From Pseudomonadota bacterium (GTDB taxonomy: Bacteria; Bdellovibrionota_C; UBA2361; OMIW01): a stretch of DNA of 55,850 nucleotides. A program made the position numbers and the translations under genes. The stretch spans positions 1-55,850 of the forward strand of contig OMIW01000129.1 in assembly GCA_900299205.1 (NCBI GenBank), in the 5' to 3' direction. The notes below the pieces were generated by a model. That model was not told where the DNA came from and did no database searches. It was given only the letters and a program-made list of their open reading frames with translations. Within the stretch, counting starts at the first letter, position 1. Each line of letters begins with the position of its first letter. Below are positions 9,528-17,823 of the stretch, piece by piece.

Positions 9528-10787
9528 TTGTCTTCGACTAGTCCCATTCCAAAAATGATGCTCTATCCAAAGCTCAGAAACCCGCTCGATATAACCATCC
9601 ATACTGAGGGAACGGACCCACATCTGGAGTCCTATCTGGTATTTCGATGCCCCCTTGGGCTTGTACGGCCATCTGTCCTTGTCTCTGCGGTCGGACCCGT
9701 GATTTCTCGGTTTACAGGGGAACATTCGATAGATGAGATAGCCGCGGCCCTCAGCCATCTTGGCGCAACTCGCCAGCTTATCTCCGACGTTGTTCGTCTC
9801 TGCGATGATAATCTACTTCTTGATTCGCCCCGTTTTCAGGAACAGCTTCAATCAACGCTCGAAGCGTTTCGGAACAATCCCGTCCGTCCGCCGGCCCATG
9901 CTGGTGTGACATACCCTAACGAAAAGGTTCAGCTTGAACACCTTATCGCCTCTTACCTCAACCCCCATAAGGGAACGTCTACGTCTCCGCTGATCGGGCT
10001 AATGGTTCCTCACATCGATTTTAGTCGAGGTGGTCGAACATATGGAATCGGTTATTCCGCCCTCCGGTCGACCCACCCCGATGTGATTATTCTTCTTGGT
10101 ACCGCCCATCAGGCATCTCGCCACCTCTTTCATCTCTCCACGAAAGATTTTGCCCTCCCATTTCGGACCTTTGTGAATGACTCGGAGTCGACGAACTTAT
10201 TGGCAAATCACTACGGAAGAGCTCGTAGCTTCGAGGATGAGTTCCTTCATAAGCACGAACACTCTCTCGAACTACAACTACCATTCCTTAACTCGAGTGT
10301 CGGAACATCGGCTAAGATAGTTCCCATCCTCATCGGTAGCTTTCATTCCTTTATACTCGGAGGAAGATATCCCGACGAATCCGAACCCTATCAGAGTTTT
10401 ATCGGAGCTTTGGAAGAAATGTGTCGCTCAATACTTCGCCGGGGCGAGTCATTTCTCCTCCTTGCGGGGGTAGACATGGCTCACTGCGGTATGGCATTCG
10501 GCGAAAAATCTGCGCTTACCGCACAGGATCTCGAAAACATCGAGCAACGTGACACCCAATATCTTTCCCATTTAGAGCGGCGTGATCCTCGAGCAGTCTT
10601 CGAACACATCGCCGAGGACGGTGATGCACGTCGTATCTGCGGATTTCCGACGATGTACTTGATGCTCGATCTCCTCAATATTCTTCAACCCTCTGGAACG
10701 CCTTGCATTCTGGACTACCAGCAAGCAGTCGATCCGAAAACGGACACCTGTGTCACCTTTGGAGCAGCATCATTTCCTCTCGCGTAG
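9528..10787 (+). CDS. Memo/AmmeMemoRadiSam-system-protein-B family protein with an N-terminal extension
   Basis: Memo-like blocks RPPAHAGVTYP, MVPHIDFSRGG..GIGY, ILLGTAHQ, HEHSLELQLPFL and AGVDMAHCG. About 125 extra N-terminal residues. Alternative ATG start at 9555. Confidence 0.6.
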   Translation: MSSTSPIPKMMLYPKLRNPLDITIHTEGTDPHLESYLVFRCPLGLVRPSVLVSAVGPVISRFTGEHSIDEIAAALSHLGATRQLISDVVRLCDDNLLLDSPRFQEQLQSTLEAFRNNPVRPPAHAGVTYPNEKVQLEHLIASYLNPHKGTSTSPLIGLMVPHIDFSRGGRTYGIGYSALRSTHPDVIILLGTAHQASRHLFHLSTKDFALPFRTFVNDSESTNLLANHYGRARSFEDEFLHKHEHSLELQLPFLNSSVGTSAKIVPILIGSFHSFILGGRYPDESEPYQSFIGALEEMCRSILRRGESFLLLAGVDMAHCGMAFGEKSALTAQDLENIEQRDTQYLSHLERRDPRAVFEHIAEDGDARRICGFPTMYLMLDLLNILQPSGTPCILDYQQAVDPKTDTCVTFGAASFPLA

Positions 10788-10985
10788 GCAAAATACCTAG
10801 AAAATTTTGCGATCAGATTAAACTCAGTACATTCAGCAACTTAAGAAGCTAGAATGAGGATTTGTAAAATCTCCTCATCCTCCACACGAAAAAGGAACAT
10901 TTTTTTGCTGAACACTTGAACCAATCGCCTTGTTGGGCTAGATAAGTGTTTGTAACCGCGTTCTTTTGGCTTGGAGGCAGTACAG

Positions 10986-11303
10986 ATGGAAGGAACCGCT
11001 CAAAACTTTTTTGAACAGCACGGGCTTGAGGTTACCTCGGGAGAGGTTGAGATTGGGAAGACTTATCCAATCTATGGGATGATAACAAACGTCATCTCTG
11101 ATGAGCCCGGGAAGGTGCTTGTTGAAATCAATTTCCACATCCAGGCGTCGATGGCTATCCCTGAGGCCGACAAAGTGACTCTCATAAAGGAAAGGGCGTT
11201 TGAACCTGGAATATTCGTGTCAACGATCCTCGAAAAAGAGGGCACACTCAAAGTTAGATGTTCAACGGTAGTTTTCGGCAAAAGAACTGGGTTCGATGCC
11301 TAA
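10986..11303 (+). CDS. Hypothetical protein (105 aa)
   Basis: GGAGG at 10973-10977 lies 8 nt upstream of ATG 10986. A strong hairpin terminator follows the ORF. I recognise no family. Confidence 0.45.
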   Translation: MEGTAQNFFEQHGLEVTSGEVEIGKTYPIYGMITNVISDEPGKVLVEINFHIQASMAIPEADKVTLIKERAFEPGIFVSTILEKEGTLKVRCSTVVFGKRTGFDA

Positions 11304-11353
11304 ATTGAATAATGGCGCGACGAGAGACAGTCGGTTACAAGCGGTCATATCCA

Positions 11354-11404
11354 AAGGGGGTCATCAGGTACAACGCGGGTACCAGATGACCCCTTCGAAT
11401 TTTG
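11354..11404 (+). terminator. Rho-independent terminator candidate
   Basis: Stem of 16 pairs plus one internal mismatch (AAGGGGGTCATCAGGTAC / GTACCAGATGACCCCTT), 7-nt loop, then ...TTCGAATTTTG downstream of the 10986-11303 ORF. Confidence 0.5.
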
Positions 11405-11586
11405 AAAAAACTCCCCTCACTGATAATTCCAACAGCCTGACCTCACTTTTCGGCTCAGCCACTTCTCTGATAGAGTGACCTCTGCCCTTGTTTAGCCGGA
11501 ACGGCACCGTCCTCCAGGCAGATTGAGGGATCTTTTCTCGGGTGAGGAACCCCTTTCAGCATTATCCCTCCATCTAAAGGCCCCCC

Positions 11587-12240
11587 ATGGTCGATCAGAC
11601 CGCACCCCCCGCGTCGCAGACTGTATCCGCTGTCGAGCATTCTCTCGCTCACGAGCTGTGGTCGTTCGTAAAGTCCCTGCTCCTTATACTCATTCTCGCC
11701 GTTGTTATAAGAGGAGTTGCTCTCGAGGCTTTCTACATACCCTCGAGTTCAATGGAACCGACTCTCCAGGTTCGAGACCGCATTTTCGTTTCAAAGTTTT
11801 GGTACGGTTTCCGCATACCCTTCAAGCGTACAACCCTCATTCCCGTTCGCAATCCTCGGAGACGCGATGTCGTCGTTTTCTATCGCGCTGATGACCCGCA
11901 AACCCTAGAAAACGAGGCAAAAGATGCCATTATTAAGCGTGTGATTGGACTCCCCGGAGATGTTGTTGAGGTGCGGGGAACCTCCGTTATTGTGAACGGA
12001 GAGACATTGGTCGAGCCTTACGCGAGGTGGGCAGAAGGGGGGAGGATTCCAGGAGGTGACTTTGGACCTCAGACCGTACCTGAAGGAAGGATATTCTTGC
12101 TCGGAGACAACAGGGATCACTCCAAAGATTCACGATTCTGGCAAGATTCTCATTTTTTACCCGTAGAAAATGTAGTGGGGAGAGCGTTTATCATCTTCTG
12201 GTCGACGTTCGATTTCTGGCGCATCGGTAATCTTCTGTGA
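11587..12240 (+). CDS. lepB: Signal peptidase I
   Basis: N-terminal TM helix, catalytic Ser box IPSSSMEPTL, Lys box KRVIGLPGD, and GDNRDHSKDSRFW. Confidence 0.9.
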   Translation: MVDQTAPPASQTVSAVEHSLAHELWSFVKSLLLILILAVVIRGVALEAFYIPSSSMEPTLQVRDRIFVSKFWYGFRIPFKRTTLIPVRNPRRRDVVVFYRADDPQTLENEAKDAIIKRVIGLPGDVVEVRGTSVIVNGETLVEPYARWAEGGRIPGGDFGPQTVPEGRIFLLGDNRDHSKDSRFWQDSHFLPVENVVGRAFIIFWSTFDFWRIGNLL

Positions 12241-12278
12241 GCCAGCCGATTTTGGCATTTCTTGTCTTTCGTATTTGA

Positions 12279-13559
12279 GTGACTATGCTTGGCCCCATTC
12301 GTCTCATCCCCACCGTTCAGAACTATTCTTGGGGTAAACGCGGGGTGGAATCTGCGCTTGCCCCTCTTCTTGCCTCCGTATCCCCCGAGCATCCGTACGC
12401 AGAGCTTTGGGTAGGCGCTCATTCGAGTGGAACAGCAAGTCTTGACTCGACGACAGGACTATCCCAACTTTCCGATCAAAAAAACCTACCTGTATCCCTT
12501 CCCTCTAATCTCAGATCACTAATCGAAAACGAGCCCCTCTTGTGCCTCGGAGAGAAAATCAGGCGCACCTATGGGGAACTCCCGTTCATGCTCAAAGTTC
12601 TTTCAGTCGCCGAACCTCTCTCGATTCAGGCACACCCCAATCGCGTGCTCGGTGCGGAACTGCACCAAAAAGATCCCACTCATTACCCCGATCGCAATCA
12701 TAAACCTGAGATGGGGATAGCCCTTACTCCCGTTCATCTTCTGTGTGGATTTAAGGGGCGCGACGAGATTGTCGCGACTCTTCGACGTCATCCGACTCTG
12801 TGGTCGTTGCTCCCTCAAGAGGTGGTGTCTCAGTGCGAGGGCGACATTGCCTCAGTATCCGAAGATGAACTGAGGCGTGCTACATACCGCTCGTTCCTGA
12901 CGGCCCCCTCTATCGAGAGAGCCCGAGCGGCCGATGATATCCTCCGTACCATCATTGACCAAGGGCCCGTCGGAACCTTTGAGTCCCTTATTCCAAATCT
13001 GATTAATAGGTACGGTGAAGATGATATCGGAATAATATCCGGACTTATTCTGAATGAAATAATTATCGAGCCCGGGAAAGCTCTCTTCATCGGGCCCAAC
13101 ATTCCCCATGCCTATCTTTGGGGAGACCTGATCGAATGTATGGCGGCATCCGATAATGTGGTTCGCGCTGGACTTACGCGCAAATATCAAGATATTGAGA
13201 CACTTCTGTTCATGCTCGACTACGGAGCAGGGAGACCACAAATTATTGAGCCTTACCGATTGAATGATGACTCCGCGACAGCCTTCTATCCCGCTCCTGT
13301 CGATGAGTTTTTCGTTTCTGTTTCCTCCACAGCCAACCGACCCACCTCCCATCAAACAGATGGAAGTCCCGAGATCCTCCTAATTCTTGCGGGTAAAGCA
13401 GAGGTAAAAACCTCTGATACCGGGCTTGTTGATTTGGGTCCAGGGAATGGGCTTTTCGTACCCGCAGCGGTGAGTCGCTACGAAATATTCCCCCACGAAT
13501 GCACCTTTGTGCGAGTTTCAATTCCCTATGCGAACGGCACGCGGAGCTATGCTGATTGA
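12279..13559 (+). CDS. manA: Mannose-6-phosphate isomerase, type I
   Basis: VQNYSWGKRG, LPFMLKVLSVAEPLSIQAHPN, HKPEMGIALT and HAYLWGDLIECMAASDNVVRAGLT. GTG at 12279 or ATG at 12285. Confidence 0.9.
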   Translation: MTMLGPIRLIPTVQNYSWGKRGVESALAPLLASVSPEHPYAELWVGAHSSGTASLDSTTGLSQLSDQKNLPVSLPSNLRSLIENEPLLCLGEKIRRTYGELPFMLKVLSVAEPLSIQAHPNRVLGAELHQKDPTHYPDRNHKPEMGIALTPVHLLCGFKGRDEIVATLRRHPTLWSLLPQEVVSQCEGDIASVSEDELRRATYRSFLTAPSIERARAADDILRTIIDQGPVGTFESLIPNLINRYGEDDIGIISGLILNEIIIEPGKALFIGPNIPHAYLWGDLIECMAASDNVVRAGLTRKYQDIETLLFMLDYGAGRPQIIEPYRLNDDSATAFYPAPVDEFFVSVSSTANRPTSHQTDGSPEILLILAGKAEVKTSDTGLVDLGPGNGLFVPAAVSRYEIFPHECTFVRVSIPYANGTRSYAD

Positions 13560-13616
13560 CTCGATCACAAACAATCCCTTATCGTGCCGAGGTATTTTCT
13601 CCGATGAGGTTTATCT

Positions 13617-15164
13617 ATGCCCCCAAAAGCCAAAAAAAGCATCTCCTCCAGCTCTTCAATTTTAGCGGACAGAAAGAGTGGAGTACTTCTGCATCCCACC
13701 TCACTTCCGGGCCCCTACGGCATCGGAGACCTCGGCCCCGAAGCGGAAAAGTTCCTCTCATTTCTCGCCGATGCAAACCAGCGATTCTGGATGATGCTTC
13801 CAACGTCACCAACATCGGAACCAGATTTTCATAGCCCATACTCCTCCTATTCGGCGTTTGCGGGAAATCCTCTCCTGATATCGCCGGATCTTCTCGTTGA
13901 ATCGGGGCTGTGCACTCGAGGTGATGCTGCGCGGCTCGCGGAGCGCTCTCCCACGAAAAATCCGGACCGTGCCGACCTGAGGCGGGCAGCGCGGGAGAAA
14001 GAGCACTTCCTTCGCGAGATCTTTGGCAAACTGCCCGCAAAAAGTAAGGTGCGCCGAGAAATGGAGAGGTTCAGCGCTGAACACAACTGGCTCGAAGACT
14101 TCGCTCTCTTTACCTCGATCCGAAAGAGCCAGAAAAAACCCCGAAGTCAGTGGTCGTTGGACCTTCGGGTCAAGGATAAGCGACGAGCACCTGCATTGAT
14201 AAACGCTCATGAAGAGGCGATGCAGTTCGAGGTCTTCTGCCAGTGGCTCTTCTTCTCTCAATTCGCCCGTCTTAAGGGACTCGCTGCCGAGAAGGGTATC
14301 GCAATGATAGGTGATTTGCCGATATATGTTTCGGATGATAGCGCCGATGTTTGGGCGTCGCCGCAGTATTTCGCCCTTGATAAGGAGAAACGGCCAACAC
14401 TGGTCTCGGGATGCCCGCCTGATGCGTTTGCCACAACGGGTCAGTTATGGGGACATCCAATATACAACTGGAAAGCACTCCAACGGGATAACTTCTCATG
14501 GTGGGTTGACCGGATGCGCACCACCCTCCAGCTCGCTGATATCGTGCGGATAGACCACTTTCGCGGGCTCGCAGCGTACTACGCGATTCCGTACGGACAT
14601 CCGACAGCAGAGCATGGAAAGTGGCAGAAATGCCCAGGGGATGGCCTTTTGACTGCTTTTCAGGAGGCATTTGGCTCGGTTCCGGTGATCGCCGAAGATC
14701 TGGGGTTTATCACCGATGACGTCCATGAACTGCGGGATAAGTTTGGGTTGTATGGGATGCGGATTTTACAATTTGGTTTCGGCAAGGATGATTATCCGTC
14801 CAATATTCATGCCCCATTCAATATTCCTCCTCAGTCAGTCGTTTTCACGGGCACACACGATAACGATTCCGCTCAGGCTTGGATCTCATCGATCCCCTCC
14901 GAGGAGAAAAAAAGAGTATTCTCATTGCTGGGGCAACCTACCTCTCGCGATTTTTCCCGCGCTTTTGTAAGACTTGCCCTGTCAACACCCGCAAAAATCG
15001 CGATAATTCCGATGCAAGATTTGCTATCACTCGGAAAATCCGCCCGCATGAATCGCCCGGGCTTCGCCCGCTGGGATAACTGGAGCTGGCGGTATGATTG
15101 CGCGCTCAAAGAAGCAGGGCGATGGCTCGGGGAGGTTACCGTCGCGACGGGCCGAGCCGGATAG
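13617..15164 (+). CDS. malQ: 4-alpha-glucanotransferase (amylomaltase, GH77)
   Basis: RKSGVLLHPTSLPGPYGIGDLG, IGDLPIYV, WGHPIYNW, RIDHFRG, VIAEDLG and TGTHDND blocks. Confidence 0.9.
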   Translation: MPPKAKKSISSSSSILADRKSGVLLHPTSLPGPYGIGDLGPEAEKFLSFLADANQRFWMMLPTSPTSEPDFHSPYSSYSAFAGNPLLISPDLLVESGLCTRGDAARLAERSPTKNPDRADLRRAAREKEHFLREIFGKLPAKSKVRREMERFSAEHNWLEDFALFTSIRKSQKKPRSQWSLDLRVKDKRRAPALINAHEEAMQFEVFCQWLFFSQFARLKGLAAEKGIAMIGDLPIYVSDDSADVWASPQYFALDKEKRPTLVSGCPPDAFATTGQLWGHPIYNWKALQRDNFSWWVDRMRTTLQLADIVRIDHFRGLAAYYAIPYGHPTAEHGKWQKCPGDGLLTAFQEAFGSVPVIAEDLGFITDDVHELRDKFGLYGMRILQFGFGKDDYPSNIHAPFNIPPQSVVFTGTHDNDSAQAWISSIPSEEKKRVFSLLGQPTSRDFSRAFVRLALSTPAKIAIIPMQDLLSLGKSARMNRPGFARWDNWSWRYDCALKEAGRWLGEVTVATGRAG

Positions 15165-15173
15165 GGAGATAGC

Positions 15174-16598
15174 TCAGGGAAGATCTGGATAGTGAGGCGC
15201 CCCCTCAGAAGCCAACTTCCCTTTAATTTCCTCTATCGCCTCCACCATCAGTCGGTGGTACTCTTCAAGGCTCTCCTGCGTCTTTGCTTCAAACCGAAGC
15301 ACAAGAACCGGCTGTGTATTCGATGCCCGCACAAGCCCCCACCCATCAGGGAATCTTACCCGTGCTCCATCGGTGGTATCGACCGGATACTCCGCGAAGG
15401 CTCTCTTCGCCTCCTCGGCGATCCTAAACTTGATATCATCGGGACAATCAACTCGGATTTCGGGGGTCGATTTCATCGGTGGGATGTCACTGAGTATCGC
15501 TGATACGGGACCGCTCCAGTTACTCACCACTTCACAAAACCGTGCACTCGCGTACAGAGCATCATCAAACCCGAAGTAACGATGCTTGAAGAAGATGTGC
15601 CCACTCATCTCCCCCGCAAGATCCGCCCCTTCCTCCTTGAGCTTTGCCTTTACGAGGGAATGACCCGTCTTCCACATAATCGGACGGGCACCCCGAAGGG
15701 CAAGATCTTCAAAGAGTATTGAAGAGCATTTGACATCACCGATAACCGTCACTCCGGGCTTTTCCCCTAGGAGGGCGCGGGCGAAGATGAGGAGGAGCAT
15801 ATCACCATATATCGGCACCCCCCGTTCATCGACCACCCCGATCCTATCTGCGTCGCCATCCCAACCGATACCAAAGTCAGCTCCCTCCGTGACAACCCGC
15901 GCTGCGAGGGTCTCGATATTTTTCAATTCGGTCGGATCGGGGTGATGATTCGGAAATCTCCCGTCTGGTTCACAGAACAGTTCGATAACCTCAACCCCCA
16001 AACCTCGCAGAAGCGCAGGACCAACCAATCCCCCAACACCATTTCCGGCATCAACCACAACCCGCAGAGGACGGACCCCCATCACTGATTTGCTATTGTT
16101 TATCAGCATCTCGGTGTATCGATCACGCATCGGGAGTGATGAAATGGAGCCCCGAGATATGATCGCATCTTCACCACGCTGCTCGGCTCCCTGTTCCTCA
16201 ATGACCCGCTGATAGAGCTCTTGTATCCCTTTTCCAGAAAGAGTCTCCTTACCGAGACAGAGCTTAAAGCCATTCATATCTGCCGGGTTATGACTGCCCG
16301 TAACCTGAATTCCACCGCCAAGTTCTTCCGCGAATATCGCATAATAAAGCTGCGGGGTAGGTCCCATACCAGTCATCACAACATCGACCCCATGGACAGC
16401 GATCCCTCGAGCAAGATTATTCGCGTAATCTTCCGAGCTCAGACGACAGTCCCACCCGATCCCAATCCGATTTTTCCCGAGACTCCGCGCAAGAGCGCCA
16501 TATCCCCTGCCGAGAAGGTACGCAAACTCGGGAGTTAACCCCTCACCGACAACACCACGAATATCGTTTTCCCGAAATACTCCCCGATCTACCTTCAT
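15174..16598 (-). CDS. Phosphomannomutase/phosphoglucomutase (alpha-D-phosphohexomutase)
   Basis: Active-site loop GIQVTGSHNPADMNGFK, metal loop GIGWDGDADR, and GEMSGHIFF. Start set at ATG 16598 (MKVDRGVFRENDIRG, AGGA about 7 nt upstream) rather than the longer ORF start at 16712. Confidence 0.9.
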   Translation of the reverse strand: MKVDRGVFRENDIRGVVGEGLTPEFAYLLGRGYGALARSLGKNRIGIGWDCRLSSEDYANNLARGIAVHGVDVVMTGMGPTPQLYYAIFAEELGGGIQVTGSHNPADMNGFKLCLGKETLSGKGIQELYQRVIEEQGAEQRGEDAIISRGSISSLPMRDRYTEMLINNSKSVMGVRPLRVVVDAGNGVGGLVGPALLRGLGVEVIELFCEPDGRFPNHHPDPTELKNIETLAARVVTEGADFGIGWDGDADRIGVVDERGVPIYGDMLLLIFARALLGEKPGVTVIGDVKCSSILFEDLALRGARPIMWKTGHSLVKAKLKEEGADLAGEMSGHIFFKHRYFGFDDALYASARFCEVVSNWSGPVSAILSDIPPMKSTPEIRVDCPDDIKFRIAEEAKRAFAEYPVDTTDGARVRFPDGWGLVRASNTQPVLVLRFEAKTQESLEEYHRLMVEAIEEIKGKLASEGAPHYPDLP

Positions 16599-16778
16599 GA
16601 TTCGTCCTAAGATAAGCGCAAAAATCTGCTCATATGCGCGCCTGCGCGGTCTCGGCGACAGTTTTCGACCGTCACCTGACTCACCGTATCTCGATACCGT
16701 CCCGCGAGTCAAAGGCTCAGACAGACCGCCGAATCGCCCTGAAAGACCCTCTTCAGGGTCAGCTTAACCCTGGATTGA

Positions 16779-17801
16779 CTAAAATTTTCTGTCGACAGAG
16801 TGTTTCTTCATGATTTCTTCGGAAAAAAAACCTGCCATTCGCTCCTGCATTCGCTGCTGCTCGATAATCGCTCGGACCTCTTCACGCCGGTCATGACTGA
16901 CACCTTCAGTGTCGCTCTCGCCAGCTAAATGACCCCGATCCTCCTCGTCCTCTGATTCCCCATCAGCACGTTCGTTCACCCTAAAGATACGAATTCCATC
17001 TCCAATTCGAACTGGTTTCGACACCTCGCTCTCATCAAGCCCATCTATGGCTTTAAGGATGTCATCACTGAGATCGGACTCCGCCACCATACCCGAGGAT
17101 TCGGTCACCGTTACTCCACGAAAGTCGGGGGCAATTTCCTCAAAATCCTCATCATCGTCGAGTCTTTCCGATATTTCCTCGAGCAACTTCTCAAGTTCAT
17201 CCGATGAGCGCCCCTCGGTGGGTATCACGAGGTGCCCGAGATCCACAGAGCCTGAGGCGAGCTTGTTGCGAGCCTGTCCTCCCCCCACGGCAAGCCGATG
17301 CTCACCCAGATATTCGGCAATGTCGGTATCAGAAACCGAAACAGATCCTCGAAGAACCGAGCTGGCCAACTTTGACTTCAGAATATCGAGCTCGACCTCT
17401 TTTCGGTAATCATCAAATCTCTTTCCGCCCTTTTCAACCATCCCCCTTACTTCCTCAACAGATATATCGTTTCGGGAGGCAACTTCTCTTATGTAACTTT
17501 CGACCTCATCCCCTGTGACTGAAAGATGTCGAGCCTCAGATTCAAGTCTCACAACCTGTTCCTCAATGAGGAAATCAAGTGCGCTTTTTACATCCGAATC
17601 TGTTTTTACGGCGGCCAATGAAATAGGACGACCAGCCTTTCTACTTACATCGCGGAGGGTAATGGGCTGCCCATCAACACTCGCCACTATTGAATCAATG
17701 ACAACTTGCTCCTTCCCCTTACCCTCCGCATAAGCGAGCTCTGCTCCCATCAAAGAGAGTCCGAGAATTCTTACGAAGAGACAGACGACCTTTTTCATCA
17801 T
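16779..17801 (-). CDS. SurA-like periplasmic chaperone with a degenerate parvulin domain and an acidic C-terminal region
   Basis: Signal peptide MMKKVVCLFVRILGLSLMGAELAYA, SurA-N-like segment (VIDSIVASVDGQPITLRDV), and a parvulin-like segment (GHLVIP...DFEEIAPDF...VSKPVRIGDGIRIFRV) lacking the second conserved His. It lies immediately downstream of mfd. Confidence 0.55.
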   Translation of the reverse strand: MMKKVVCLFVRILGLSLMGAELAYAEGKGKEQVVIDSIVASVDGQPITLRDVSRKAGRPISLAAVKTDSDVKSALDFLIEEQVVRLESEARHLSVTGDEVESYIREVASRNDISVEEVRGMVEKGGKRFDDYRKEVELDILKSKLASSVLRGSVSVSDTDIAEYLGEHRLAVGGGQARNKLASGSVDLGHLVIPTEGRSSDELEKLLEEISERLDDDEDFEEIAPDFRGVTVTESSGMVAESDLSDDILKAIDGLDESEVSKPVRIGDGIRIFRVNERADGESEDEEDRGHLAGESDTEGVSHDRREEVRAIIEQQRMQERMAGFFSEEIMKKHSVDRKF

Positions 17802-17823
17802 GCATCCCCAATCTTGAATACTT

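Noticed and set aside
11296-11478. 60-aa ORF following the 105-aa hypothetical gene
   Set aside because: It spans the strong terminator hairpin at 11354-11404 and has neither an SD nor compositional support.
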